This document shows, piece after piece, positions 38,580 through 52,014 of a stretch of 64,000 nt of DNA. The DNA is taken from positions 46,750,001 to 46,814,000 of the forward strand of contig NC_086097.1 of NCBI RefSeq assembly GCF_963921235.1, written 5' to 3'. Origin of the DNA: Mobula hypostoma. Lineage: Eukaryota. The notes beneath the pieces are model-generated. The model had not been told where the DNA came from and searched no databases. It saw only the letters and a program-made list of their open reading frames with translations. A program made the translations under genes and the position numbers. Position 1 is the stretch's first letter. The number at the start of each line of letters is the position of its first letter.

Positions 38580-38965
38580 ACGCACAGGGTTGTACACTCA
38601 GCCAGCTCCATTTTGGGCACAACCCTCCCCACTACTGAGAACATCTTCAAAAAGTGATGCCTCAGGAAGGCAGCCTCCATCTTTAAGTAATCTCATCATC
38701 CAGGACATGTTGTCTTCTCTGTATTACCATGAGGGAGGGGGTACAGGAGCCTGAAGACCCACACTCAGCGTGTTAGGAACAGCTTCTTCCCCTCCACCAT
38801 CAGATTTCTGAATGGTCCATGAATACGCACCTCACTATTCCTCTTTTGCACTATTTGTTTATTTTTGTAGCTTATAGTAATTTTTATGTCTTTGCACAGC
38901 ACTGCAGCCACAAAACAACAAATTTCATCACACATGTCGGTAATAATAAACCTGATTCTTAATCT
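38580..38965 (+). mobile_element. Rex1/Babar-type 3' end
   Basis: Same 3' UTR and aataaacctgattct tail as 18415-19198 and ~52330-52705. Confidence 0.65.
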
Positions 38966-39829
38966 GAAAAGCAACCTACACCACCCCCTCTGCTTCCTAC
39001 CTTTGGGCCAATTGTGAATCCAACTGACTAGCTTTCACTAAATTCCATGGGATGTAATCTTCCAGAATTCATTCCGTATAAACCCCTATCACGGCCACAA
39101 GTAAAGCATCCAGCCCCATTTCTCATGGGTATTCTCTTCATTAACTGCACCGTGGACTGTCCCAAGATGGCTGCAAGAGGAGGAGAGTTGGCCATGGGTT
39201 TAGCAACCCCATCCCATAAAATCCAAGAGCTACTGAAACACTAACAGAAGTTCCAAAGACCTCATCCCTGGGAGAGGAAGGATCTTTGAAGATGGGCAAC
39301 AACTTGAAATATTGGCCCAGGACAGGGAACTCTAGCAATCTGCTGTTAGCAGCCTATACCCTAATAGGGGGGATGGGCTTAAAATGAAGATTCTCTCAGT
39401 TATTAAGCCGCATACCTTCTCCTTATTCTGCTTGTTAATTCAATTGTATATTAACGGATTTTAGTAATTTATTTTAACATTAAAACTCCTTTCTTTCCAG
39501 GAAAGACCTTTAACCTTGATGTTTTCGACATTTGGATTCCTTTCATGTACCCTTCAGTGGCTGGCAAAAGAGCCATACAGATGGGAAAAATTTATTTGTA
39601 CAGAATATTTTCTCATGATCTGGATGCACTTTTTTGAACGGTTATTAGAACCAGACCCAACAATAACTGAATGGGAATTTAACTATACTTTTAACTATGG
39701 GGCAATGACATTGAGTACAAACTTGCTCGTTTTTGTGCTATATAATTCCAGACTCAATGTACTTTTTATCCCGTCCAAGTGAAGGATCATTGTATGTAAC
39801 AAACATTGAAACACAAAGGTAACTTCTTT

Positions 39830-40960
39830 TCCACACGTCGACAGTCCTTCTGTTGCCAGGTTTTGGAGGCAATCGGCTGTTTGCGGCATTTTTCATTGGC
39901 ATTACTGGCTCAGATCATTGCAACATACGATTTCAATTATTCATTGACTTCGGAATACCTCCCATAATAAAGAAGTAAAGCCGCTCGCTCGGCGGCTGGC
40001 TTTGTAAAACAGAAGTGGACCCTGAGCGTCGTTGCCCTGGATGATAAATGTTACCAAACTTGTAGGATGACTTCATTACAGCCGAGCAACAAAAAAAAAT
40101 TGCAATCAAAGAGGCACGATTCACAAATTATTGAACGATATTCTTCTACAGCCTAATGGTTTCCTTCTCCCGACCAACAGCTACAGTCGGGCGTTTCCCA
40201 CGTAATTCCCCAATGCAGATGAAGAACCATTTTCAGATCCCATTTCTCCGGGTATAAATAGAGAACTGTGAAGGATCGCGACGCGAAAGCTGCTTGTGAT
40301 TGCGACGCGAAAGCTGCGTGTGATTGCGACAGCCCGCTGATTTATGGAATTAGATATTTCCATCATATTTGTCCTATTTCAACGTTAAGCAAGTGTTTAA
40401 CCAGTAGACCGCAGGATTTATCCTAAGTCTATTTCGGTAAGTGAAAAAATTTGCAAAGATGCGCTTTAACCTTCGTTATTCGTTCTTTCGGCAACCGGCT
40501 GAGGATTAAAGTGAGGGAATGCTGGAAGTCCGAATAAAAAAAATGCCAAAATTGGGTAGCAGTTTCAAATTACTTTTTGCCCTCAAAGGGTTAGGGGATA
40601 TTTGTAGGAAAAGAACCAAAATTAATGTTTTAGTTAATGTTTCGCGACGGTTAGTCAGAAATACTGAGAGATCTCCCAAAAAGATGACGAGGAAAGAAAA
40701 TTTTGATGTGGGTGTACGGTCGGATGGCAGTTATGAAGGAGAAATAACTGTGGCCCTTCATTTGAAATACTGTGCTACTGTGTTTAATGTACACATACAT
40801 TAAACACAGTATTTTATATGACTTCCGGTAATTGCTGCTGTCTTTCGTTTTTGTTGAAATAATGACGGTAGTCAATGAACAAAGAGAAGATGGATTACAT
40901 ATGGTATTGTCTGCAGTTTCGTTTGCGCCAAATTGAAGCTAAACGCAGATTAGCGAAAAC
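39830..40960 (+). promoter_or_regulatory. CpG-rich promoter region, likely of TNFAIP2
   Basis: Non-repeat CpG cluster; kB-like GGGCGTTTCC (40189-40198) and GTAATTCCCC (40202-40211); TATAAATA 40253-40260; donor CG|GTAAGT after 40436. Confidence 0.65.
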
Positions 40961-40974
40961 AGCCCCTTAAATTC

Positions 40975-41485
40975 TGCCTTGGTCATGTCCAACCTGATGG
41001 CATTAATATCAACATTTCGAATTCATGGTAAATAACCACTCCCCATTCTTCCCCTCCCCCCTTTATTTTTGCTTATCCCTCCGGTCTTGTTAACCCTTCT
41101 CTTTTTCCTTCCTCACCCTCCCTCCCTCCCCGCCCATCACCTTCACCTACCTCCGGTTCCACGCCTTTATTCCATGACCCTCTGTCCTCTCCTATCAGAT
41201 TCCTCCTTCTTCAGCTTTTGCCTTTTCCATCACCTCCCAACTTCTTACATCATCCCCACTTACCCCCCTTACACCCCTCACCTGGATTTCTCCATCACTC
41301 ATCAGCTTGCGCTCCTCCCCCTTCCTCCCAACCCTTTTATTCTGGCTTCTACTCTTTTCCTTTCCAGTCCTGATGCAGGGTCTCAGCCCTAAATGTGAAC
41401 TGTTGATTTCCCTCTGTAGATGCTGCCTGGCCTGATGAGTTCCTCCAGCATTTTGTGTGTGTTGCTCCAGATTTCCAGCATCTAA
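40975..41485 (+). repeat. PLE 3' end with degenerate hammerhead (41365-41402)
   Basis: ccaacctgatggcattaatatc, pyrimidine tract, cagtcctgatgcagggtctcagccctaaatg. Confidence 0.75.
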
Positions 41486-41866
41486 ATTCCAATAATGCTC
41501 AGTGATGCTCTAATTCTCTTTCAATGAAACATCTTTTCACAAAGTAGATAGAATCTGAAGCGGATGGGAACCCCACTTTCTCTGTGTGTAGAGCCAAATT
41601 CAGAACCTCCTCTCCAGGGCAGTGTGCTGTTGCGTCAATTCTGGGGATCCAGTTCGATCCTAGCCTCAACTGCTGCTTATGTGGATTTTTGCATGTTTTC
41701 CCTTTGAAAATGTGCTTTTCCCCAAGTTGCTCCTGTTTTCTCCCACATCCCAAAATTATACAGGTAAGATCACTGATGCTGCAAATTGTCCTTTAATGAT
41801 AGAAATAATCAAAGGGAAGTTGATGAGCCTGTGTGTGAGAGAGCAATTGTTGGAGCACAGAGGAAT

Positions 41867-42232
41867 TGTCACATGGGGGAGGGGGCACTGGGAGCGGACC
41901 CAAATGCAAGACACAGACTCTGAAGTACTAGGAACAGGCCAGGACTAGAGACTAGAGTTAGGGACGTGACTGGATGCAGATTAGGAGCTGGGACAAGAAC
42001 ACAGACTTGGGCTAGGACATTGGCTAGGCAAGCCGGACCAGGACTAGGAACTGGGAACTAGGAGCCTGGGCTTGGACTCCGAGCCAGAGACTGGACAAGG
42101 ACCCAGAACCTGGGTCTTGACTTGGGCTCGGACCCCGGAACTAGGCGAGGACATGACGTGGCTACAGGACTGGACATGGCTTGGGTTCCTCGAGGCGCAG
42201 ACATGACGAGGCTTGGGTTTCTCGGGGCGAGG
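41867..42232 (-). mobile_element. Truncated LTR of the 27996-29419 family
   Basis: TGTCA start on +, gcggacccaaatgcaagacacagac shared with other copies. Confidence 0.8.
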
Positions 42233-42239
42233 GCATCAC

Positions 42240-42440
42240 CACCAGGCCGTGAAGAATATGGCGGTACAGCGGTAGTCTTTAAGAAAAAAGCCGAAATAAA
42301 CAAGCTAATTAATTAGGTGCCACCCGGCACGTAAATGCCGGCCCAGATCAAAGGCTTTTTTTCTTAAAGATGTGCTGGGTGCATTCCGGCCGCCGCTGTA
42401 CCGCTGCATTCTTCATGGCCTGGAGGTTGGAGACCCACTG
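42240..42440. mobile_element. Palindromic MITE (hAT-type end)
   Basis: Inverted blocks 42242-42272/42393-42423 and 42276-42292/42353-42370; end ggttggagacccactg. Confidence 0.65.
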
Positions 42441-43761
42441 GATAAGAGTACAGACTGTCACAAACATCAATATATGGCATTCACTCATGATATCCTGATA
42501 GCATGGCAGAGTGTCCACGAAAGAAGGAGAAAATGTACAAATTCCATCAAGAATGGGAAGAGGAATTTCTATTTACCTTGGTGAAAGACAAGTGTGTGCG
42601 TATGTTGTGCAACCAAACACGAGCACTGTCTAAAAGAGGGAATCTGGAGCGGCACCACAACACCAACCACCAGAAATTTAAAGACACCTACCCCCCAAAG
42701 AGTGCAATTCGTGCCTGGAAAGTTGAGGAGCTGAAATCAGGGTTGAAGGCCCACAAAACATGCTGTTCAAAATAAGACTGCTATTGAAGTATCATTTCAT
42801 GTAAGTCACCTTTTGGCTAAACACAAGCCACCTTTTACACATGGCGATTTATTCAAGGAAGCAATGGCCATTACTGCACAGACTGTTTTTAATGACTTTA
42901 AAAACAAAAAGGACATCACAATCGCAATACATAATATACCGTTTGGCCCTGCAACAGTGACAAGGAGGGTAGAGTCACTGTCAGAGGACATGGATATTTT
43001 TCACTACAATTTGATGAATCCCTGGATGTAATGCAAATAGGTCAGCTTGTTGTATTTGTCAGAATGGCTTTCCAGGATTTTACAACAAAGGAGGACTTTC
43101 TCTTTTGCAATTAAAGGAGAGAACAAGGGGTGAGGATATTTACAATGAGTTTAAAAAATATGTCCGTGAAAATGACAACCCCATTCATAAACTGGTGGCA
43201 ATTACTACTGATGGGGCCCCAGCAATGTGCAGTGTGTGCGTTAGTTTTATAGCACTAAAAGTCAGTGCCTACTTCAGGTCAACTTCTCTATGTGAAATTG
43301 CATTTTCACAGATGAAAAATTAGTAAATCTAAGTACAGGAGCTGTCTTACTGACAGACACCTCACAGGCTGTCTCAGACTGGCTGTCTGTAGTTATGAGC
43401 CAAATTTCAGAGAACTAGCAATAAGTATTCAGCTCCAGTAATCACACTGAGTACAACAGTCAATTTTTGTTCATTTATTTTTCATGTTGAATTGAAATTA
43501 AATAATGAAACTCAGAATTAAAGGTGTGGTATTGTAATATTCTTAAAGATATGCTAGTTACAGTGTTTTCTTGTTTGAATTAATTTGCAAGTTTGACAAA
43601 AGTGTTTTGTGTAATTCAAATACAATTAGCCCAAATAAAAGGCCTCAAATAGGCAGTACAATCTGAGCTCTTTTTTTCTCTAAATGATTTAGTAGGTAGA
43701 TCTTGCCTTTCACTAAGGTTGAGGTAGGGGATCTTGGACTTAAAAAGGTTGGTGACCACTA
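42441..43761 (+). mobile_element. Internally deleted hAT (Charlie/SPIN-group, GTF2IRD2-like) DNA transposon
   Basis: FHQEWEEEFLF..C.LC..NLERHH..NH, KPPFTHGDLFKE, QFDESLD, TRGEDI, ITTDGAPAM, ST.LCEIAFSQMK; right TIR-like ggttggtgaccacta. Confidence 0.85.
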
Positions 43762-43809
43762 GACTAGAGAGTGGTGTGTTTTGCTTTTATCTCAGAAGGG
43801 CTGCAAAGT

Positions 43810-45130
43810 AAATCCTGAGAACTATAGACCATAAGCTTAACATCAGTGCTAGGTAAGTTACTGGAAAGGATACTGGGGGATAAGATATACGTGCACTTGG
43901 AAATACTGGGATTGATCAGGGATAATCAGCATGGCTTTGTGCATGTTAGATCATGAATTTGATTGATTTTTTTAAGAAATAACCAAGAAGGTTAATGAGT
44001 GCAGGGCAGTAGATGTGGTCTTTATGGATTTCTGTAAAGCCTTTGATAGGGATCTGCATGGTAGGTTGTTCTGGAAAGTTAGATAGCATGGAATCCAATG
44101 AGAACTAACTAAATGGATACAAAATTGTCTTGATAGCAGGAAACAGATGGTGAAGATTGTTTTTCAGACTGGAGACCTGCGAATAGTGGTGGGTCTCAGG
44201 TATCAGTGCTCGACCGGTTGTTATTTGTCATTTATATCAGCGATTTGGAAAAGAATGTACAAAAAATGGTTAGGAAACTTGGAGAAGTCACTAACATCAA
44301 CGATGTCATAGATAGTCATCAAGGATCTTGATTAGGTATGTAGATGGAGCAAGTAAAGGCAAATGGATTTAAATTCTGATTAGTGTGAAGTGTTGCATTT
44401 TGAGAAGACAAATTGGGTAGGATTTTCAAAGTGAATGGTGGGGTCCTGGGCCATGTTGTAGAACAGAGAGTTGTAGGAGTAAGAGCACCTAGTTCTCTGA
44501 AAGTGGTATAGCAGGTAGACAGAGTGGTGCAGAATGCTGTTGGCACACTAGCCTTCATCTGAGTGGAAACTGAGCATGGAAGTTGGGATGTTATTTTGCA
44601 TTTGTACAAGATGTTGGTGAGGCCACATTTGGAATATTGTGTTGCCTTCTGCTATAATCCTGCTACAATGAAGATGTCATTAAGCTGGAAAGCATGCAGA
44701 AAAGACTCACGAAGAGATTTCCTGGAGTTATAGAGAGATTGAACAGGACAGGTCTATACTAACTGCAGCACAGGAGAATGGTGGGTGATGTATAAAATCA
44801 TGAGGGGCATAAATAGGGTGACTCCACACAGTTTTTCCACTCCCGGGTTCAGGATTCAAGAGCTAGAGGACATAGGATCTTGGTCAGAGGAGAGAGGTTT
44901 AATAGTGATTTGAGGGCAGCTCTTTCACGGAAAGGATAGTCCATATAAGGAATAATTTGCCAGAGGAAGTTATTGAGGCAGGTGTATTAATAACACCTTA
45001 ATGATGGATAGGAAATGTTTGGAGGGAATAAGACAAATGCAAGGAGATGGGACAAGCTTAGATGAGCATCTTGATCAGCATGGATCTGTTGGGTCAAAGG
45101 ACCTGCTTCCAGGCTATATGACTATGAGGA
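43810..45130 (+). mobile_element. CR1 LINE RT plus 3' end, degenerate
   Basis: PENYRPISLTSV, QHGF, DVVFMDF.KAFD, LVRPHLEY. Confidence 0.8.
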
Positions 45131-45704
45131 GTAAATGAGCCTGTGTAAAATGGCTCAAAGAGAATAAATGAGAATGATTGAGTGACAGCCTGAATGAGCG
45201 AATGAGAAGAGAATGTTTCAATGGATGAATGCATTGAATGATTATAATTGCTATTATCCATGGGACACATGGTACTTGCCCTCCATTTTATTCCACAGCC
45301 TGCATCAACCATGCAGGAGATGCAAGGGCTAAATTGAATTTTATTTTTTTGAACAATAAATGTCATGTACCTATTGGCCTAGCTACACCGGTAGTGAAAA
45401 ATGCTACATACTAGTAGAAAAATAACAAGGACTCATGAACAGATATCCCTGTTGATATTCCGAAACTTGGAAGAAAGGATCAAAAGACACAATTTTTTAA
45501 CTTTAACACCCACATTTGGAGTGAGGAGGACGTATCACGGGACCTCAGAGATGCCACAATAGCTTCAAGAAAAGAGTCAAATCCAAATGCAGTAACTATA
45601 GAGGGCTCACCCTGCTGTTGGTTACAGGCAAAGACAATGCAAGAGACCTCAAACATTTCCCCCACATCCTAAAAGATACTCCCAAAATTGTAGTAAGGAT
45701 CCAA

Positions 45705-46003
45705 TAGACAATAGGTGCAGGAGTAGGCCATTCAGCCCTTCGAGCCAGCACCGCCATTCACTGTGATCATGGCTGATCATCCACAATCAGTACCCTTTTC
45801 CTGCCTCCTCCCCATATCCCTTCACTCCGCCATCTTTAAGAGCTCTATCTAACCCTTTCTTGAAGGAATCCAGAGAATTGGGCTCCACTGCCTTCTGAGG
45901 CAGAGCATTCCCCAGAACCACAACCCTCTGTGAGAAAGTTTTTCCTCAACTCCGTTCTAAATTGTCTACTCCTTATTCTTAAACTGTGGCCTCTGGTTCT
46001 GGA
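45705..46003 (-). mobile_element. CR1 3' end
   Basis: ggagtaggccattcagccc...gatcatggctgat CR1 3' UTR in reverse. Confidence 0.7.
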
Positions 46004-46444
46004 ATCAATCAATCAATTCAATTCATTTCTGAATCAATTCTGATCCTGTCCATTTATGCATACAGTGGACATATTCTGTACCACATAATCACTCCAAATG
46101 AAATACAGGAAACAGAGTCAATCATGGCCTCACAAAAGCCTTTGACTCCAATAAAATTTGTTTATCCACAAAATTTTGTTTCTACTTTGCACGATTACAT
46201 CTGCAGCATGGTGACAATGTGGGCCATAATCTTGATTAGTGTGACTACAGCAAAGCCAATCTCAGTGGAAACCAATGGCATCACCATAATTGCTTTCCTA
46301 ATGGTTCCTAATTTTATTGATGCCGTAAATCTATGACAAATTCCTGCTGGAGTGAAACTAATCTACAGAGACAGCTCGACCTATGCTGTTTCAGTCCTGA
46401 ACCACAGTTACTTCAATTTCAGGCTGCAGTAAATAAACAGTAGT

Positions 46445-47790
46445 CTAGTCAAGTCAAGTCAAGTCAAGTTTATTCTCATTTCGACGATAAGCTGCTGGTA
46501 CAGTACACAGTAAAAACAGGTTCCTCCAGGACCCTGTTGCTACATGAAACAACACAAAACTACACTAAACTATGTGGGACAGCACAAGGCTACACTAGAC
46601 AATGTAAAACAACATTAAAACTGCACTGGACTACAGACCTGCACAGGACTACATAAAGTGCACAAAACAGTGCAGGGTAGCACAATAATTAATAAACAAG
46701 ACAATAGACACAGTAGAGGACAAATTACAATATAATAATAAATGATGTAGATGTCAGTCTAGACTCTGAGTATTGAGGAGTATGATGACTTGGGGGAAGA
46801 CACTGTTGCACAGTCTGGTCGTGAGAGCCCGAATGCTTCGGTACCTTTTGCCAGACGGCAGGAGGGAGGAGAGTTTGTATGAGGGGTGCATGGGGTCCTT
46901 CACAATGCTGTTGGCTTTACGGGTGCAGCGTGTGGTGTAAATGTCTGTAATAGTGGGAAGAGAGACCCCGATGATCTTCTCAGCTGACCACTGCAGGGTC
47001 TTGCGATCCAAGATGGTGCAATTCCCAAACCAGGCAGTGATGCAGCTGCTCAGGATGCTCTCGATACATCCTCTGTAGAATGCGGTGAGGATGGGAGGTG
47101 GGAGATGGACTTTTCTCAGCCTTCGCAGAAAGTAGAGATGCTGCTGGGCTTTCTTGGCCATGGAGTTGGTGTTGAGGGACCAGGTGAACACCAAGAAATC
47201 TGGTGCTCTTAATGATCTCAACGGTGGAGCCATCAATGTTTAGCAGAGCGTGCTCACTTCGTGCTCTCCTGAAGCCAACAACCATCTCTTTTGTTTTGTT
47301 CACATTCAGAGACAAGTTGTTGGCTCTGCACCAGTCCATTAGCTGCTGCACCTCCTCTCTGTATGCTGACTCATCGTTCTTGCTGATGAGACCCACCACG
47401 GTCGTGTCATCGGCAAACTTGATGATGTGATTCGAGCTTTGTATTGCTGGCACAGTCGTGGGTCAGCAGAGTGAACAGCAGTGGACTGAGCACACAGCCA
47501 TGGGGGGCCCCCGTGCTCAGTGTGATGGTGTTGGAGATGCTGCTTCCAATCTGGACTGACTGAGGTCTCCCAGTCAGGAAGTCTAGGATCCGGTTGCAGA
47601 GGGCCCTGCAGTTTCAGCTTTCCAATCAGGTGCTGAGGAATGATTGTGTTGAATGCTGAACTGAAGTCTATGAACAGCATTCGAACGTACGTGTCTTTTT
47701 CGTCCAGGTGGAGGGTGGTGGTGATGGCACCGTCTGTTGAGCGGTTGGGACAATACACGAACTGCAGGGGGTCCAGAGGCTTGCGTATGC
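46445..47790 (-). mobile_element. Rex1/Babar LINE RT plus 3' UTR
   Basis: [48 protein letters not shown]; (CTTGA)n tail. Confidence 0.88.
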
Positions 47791-47809
47791 ATATGTTCAA
47801 GAGCCAAGT

Positions 47810-49500
47810 TCCAAGATATTGTCGATGCATTCAGAGAATTTAAGATACCGGGCCTTACAGCAAACAATCACTAAACAAAAAAAATCCACTAGCCTGCTCT
47901 CTTGTCCAATAGCTTCCTCTGGAAAAACAATCAGTGCAAGACCTTGGAAAGCATACAGCACTCTGCTCATACCTTGGGAGCCACCAGAGGCAGGCATTGA
48001 TGATGAAATTCAGCAGTGCATTATATAGACCAGTGCAGCCACTTCAATCCCTGGTCCTGATCCCCCTTTACACTTCTACTCCCCATCAGAAAAGCCTTAA
48101 AGCTCCATGTTTCTTTCTGGATAACAGACTGAACCAATTCCCCTCCATCAGTACCCTCCTCCATCTGGCAGAACTGGATTTCCCCTTCAACAATTTCTCC
48201 TTGGGCTCCCCTCACTTTCTCCAATCCCAAGGTGTAGCCACAGGCACCGCATGGGCCCAGCTATGCCTCCCTTTACATTAGCTGCGTGGAACAGTCAATG
48301 TTCCAAGCCTACGCCGATAAACACTCCACAACTTTCTGTACTATATCAACAACTGCATTGGTACAGCTTCCTGCATCCATACTGAGCTTGTCAGTTTCAT
48401 CAACTTGCCTCCAATTTCCAACCTCCCCTCAAATTTACTTGGTCCATCTCTGATACTTTTCTCACCTTTCTTGATCTCTCTGTCTCTATCTCTGGAGACA
48501 GACTGTCTATTGAAATCTTTTACAGACCTACGGAATCTCACTGTAATCTTAACTATATCTCTTCCCATTTTGTCACTTGTAAAAATGCCATTCCTTTTTC
48601 TCAGTTCCTCCGGCTCCACTGCATCTGTTCCCAGGATGAGACTTTCCACTCAAGAACATCTGAGATGTCCTCCTTTTCCAAAGTAAGGAGTTTCCCTTCC
48701 ACCACCAGAATGCTGCACTCATTCGCATCTCCTCCATTTCTCAAACATCTGTTCTCACTCTAACCTCTCACCATCATAACAGGGATGGGTTTCCCCTTGT
48801 CCCTCCCAACCATTCTATGAGCCTGCATATGCAGCACATCATTCACTGTAACCTCCTCCGTCTTTAACAGGATCCTACTACTGAGCACACCTTTTCCTCT
48901 GGGATTGCTCTCTACATGACCTCATCATTCATCCCTCCCCACTAATCCCCCTCCTGTCCCTGCAAGCAGATTAAGTGCCACATCTGCCTCTACACTTCCT
49001 CCCTCACCACCATTCAGGGTCCCACACTGTCCTTTCAGGATGGAAAACACTTCACCTGTAAGTTTGTCAAGGTCATCTATTTTATCTGGTGTTCTTGGTG
49101 CGGCCTCCTTTACATTGGTGACACCCAACGTAGATTAGTGGATAGCTTTGTTGAGCACCTTCACTCTGTCCACTGCAAAAGGCAGGATTTATTGGTGGCC
49201 ACCCATTTCAGCAGACTTCCCCTTACCACATGTTGGTCTTTGGCCTCCTCTACTGCCATGATGAGGCCACAGCCAGGTTGGAGTTGCAACACATTATATT
49301 CTATCTGGATAGCCACCAACCTAATGGCATGAACAACAGCTTCTATAATATTTCCCCTTCCCCCTTTCTCTCCTTCCCCTTTTTCCATTGCCCATTTTGG
49401 TTCCCTCTTATCACTTTTCTTCTCCTCACCTGCCTCTGGTGCCCCTTCTCCTTCCCTTTCTTCCATAGTCAACTATCTCCTGTCAAATGTCTTCTTTTCG
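47810..49500 (+). mobile_element. Degenerate Penelope-like element
   Basis: Homologous to 1-1321 (GVATG..MGPSYA, YINNCIG, LYIGDT, QPNGMN). Confidence 0.82.
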
Positions 49501-50733
49501 CCCTTTACCTCTTCCACCTATTATTTCTCAGCTTCTCAGTTCATCTCAAATCCCTTCACCTGGAGAAATCTGCCAGAAGAGCCCACATTGGCTTGTCAAC
49601 ACCTCATAATTTACATGAAAAGGAGTATGATGAAGATATCCTTGACCTCAAGGGACTGGCTAATAAGGAATTTAGTACATTGAATCCTTTTGCCTGGTGT
49701 TTTTTCCCCATCAGTTGTGTTCCTATGTTAAGAGAGCTTAAGTTAAAAGTTTAGTTACATTTTTCACATGTACATCAAAACATACTATGAAACACATCAC
49801 TTGTGTCAAATCAAATCGGTGAGAATTATGCTGGGCAGCCCACAAGAAGCACCAGGCTTCCTACACCAACATAGCATTCCTACAACTCACTAATCTTAAT
49901 CAAATGTTTTTGGACTGTGGGAGGAAGCTAGACGGCCCAGAGGAAACCCACGCGGTCACGGGGAGAATGTACAAACCCCTCACAGACAGGGGTGGGAATC
50001 GATGATTGCCCGTGAGGAAAATAAAGTAAAATAAAGTATGATTGAACAGTAAATGTGCTTATGTTCTGAATCCAGCACTGCAGAGTGATTGTGCTAACTG
50101 CTATCCTACCATGCTGTTACTTCAGGAATATTTGTATGTCTGAGCAACAAATTTAACAGAAAATTAAAAGCAAGCCACAAATACAATATGGTGTCAATGG
50201 TTCACCTTCATTTTGCTGAACTTGTTGCTGTCTGTATTCATACCTCTGTAGATGTTTAATGGAATTTACAAGCTGGTAAAATTATTTATTATTTATTTAG
50301 GGATACAGTGTGGAGCAGGCCTTCCAGCCCAACAAGCTGCACTACCCTACATCCCAACTATTTAACCCTAGCCTAATCAAAGAACAATTTACAATGATCA
50401 ATTAACCTACTAAATGGTACTTCTTTGGATTGTGGCCAAAACCAGAGCACCCGGAGGAAACCCACAGCTCACAGGAAGGACATACAAACTTCTTACAGAA
50501 GACACTGGAATTCAACTCTGAGCTGTAACTGCTACCTTACCACAGCCTCCAGCTGCCTCTTCCTTTCCCGTGTTATCATGTTACCCTGTGTAACATCCTT
50601 ATCATGTTTTTATCTATCAGAGTATTTTTGCTTCCTCTTCAGAGCCAAAATCAACCAAAGATATCTTTATGACAATAAGCACTGGAATTTATTTTAGAAA
50701 AATAACATCTTTATGTCTTTGGTGTTTAGGCTC

Positions 50734-50827
50734 ATGGTGACATTGGAAACTAACTCTGAGGCCGAATCAGGACAGAATTCGGCACCAACTGGCTTCACAC
50801 AGATGAAGAAATTTAAGAATCACATAA
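50734..50827 (+). CDS. TNFAIP2: Putative first coding exon of TNFAIP2 (exon starts 50730)
   Basis: Acceptor tgtttAG, ATG, open MVTLETNSEAESGQNSAPTGFTQMKKFKNHI, donor GTAAGC; phase 1 joins in frame to 58450. Confidence 0.6.
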
Positions 50828-52014
50828 GTAAGCCTTCGGACTAATCACTGGCATTTAAAGTTCATTTTACAAACACACAATTGTCATTGTTTAAGACCCA
50901 GATAATCCAATTACAAACAAGAATTAAAAGAGATAAAATACACAGTGTATTTTATAGTGTAGTACTTTAGTCCATTTAGTCCATTTTATAGTTAATTGTA
51001 AATGGTGATTTTTCTTTATATTTTGTACTCTCTGTATTGCAAATGCAGCATCTGCTTTAATCTAAAAATATATTATAAAACAGAGTGCCCAAAAGAGAGT
51101 CTAATGTAAATTTTCCCAATTAAAAATTATTAAGATTTTTTCAAAACTATTTTTAACATACTAAATATTTGGATGAACTTGATCTAAATACCTTTGACCC
51201 ACCTGAATCACAAAGGGAAACTGAAAATTTGTTCACCAAGTTTCTGTGGGAGGAGCTGCAATTTAAAACAGTCTTACAAATATATCCAAGAGAAAGAACT
51301 CAGTTCAGTGCGATTGCGAAGATATTATTACAGAGATTTTTCCATAGTGACCAAGGAATCACATTTTTGCGGCTGCTTCAGGCGGAATGGGAATATCTTT
51401 CTTTCTTAATCTAAAGATGGCTAAGGTTTGAACCAAATCATGACTGCCCTGGACATGGTATCATCAAGCATTGCTTCAACATGTTTCACTCGAAAGAAAA
51501 TTGCACATTTGACTTTTAAACTCCCTTTAAATTTCCCAGCAGCTTGTACAATATAAATCTATTGACAGTGCAACAATTACTAATAAGGCTCCAACTCTTC
51601 CTTTTTAATTTTTAAACTCTCTGTCAATAAATGCCACAAGTAATATTGAACTAAAAGAAGAAATCCCAATAATGCTGCTCAGAAATTTGGATACAGAAAC
51701 ATTATGCAAAGACATAAGATTATTAGTTGAAAAGTTATGATCACATACACTTGAGGCTACAATGACTGGCAATGCTGTAGAGAAAATGTCCTTACCTCTC
51801 AAATACTTATTATCCATCTGATCTACTTTTTCAATTTAAACAACCTAAATTGGTATCCTGTTCAACCTAGTTGAGCATTAACAAGATTCAAGGACAATCA
51901 TTGAAATTTGTTGGCCTTAATTTCAAAACTCAGAACTTCTCCCATGGACAGCTAATGTTGGTTGCTCCAAAGCTGTAGATAAAAATAACCTCTATGTTAT
52001 GGAAAGCAGAAAGT

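Noticed and set aside
42503..43323. Domesticated GTF2IRD2/ZBED-type host gene
   Set aside because: Frameshifts, a large internal deletion and a TIR-like end indicate a dead transposon
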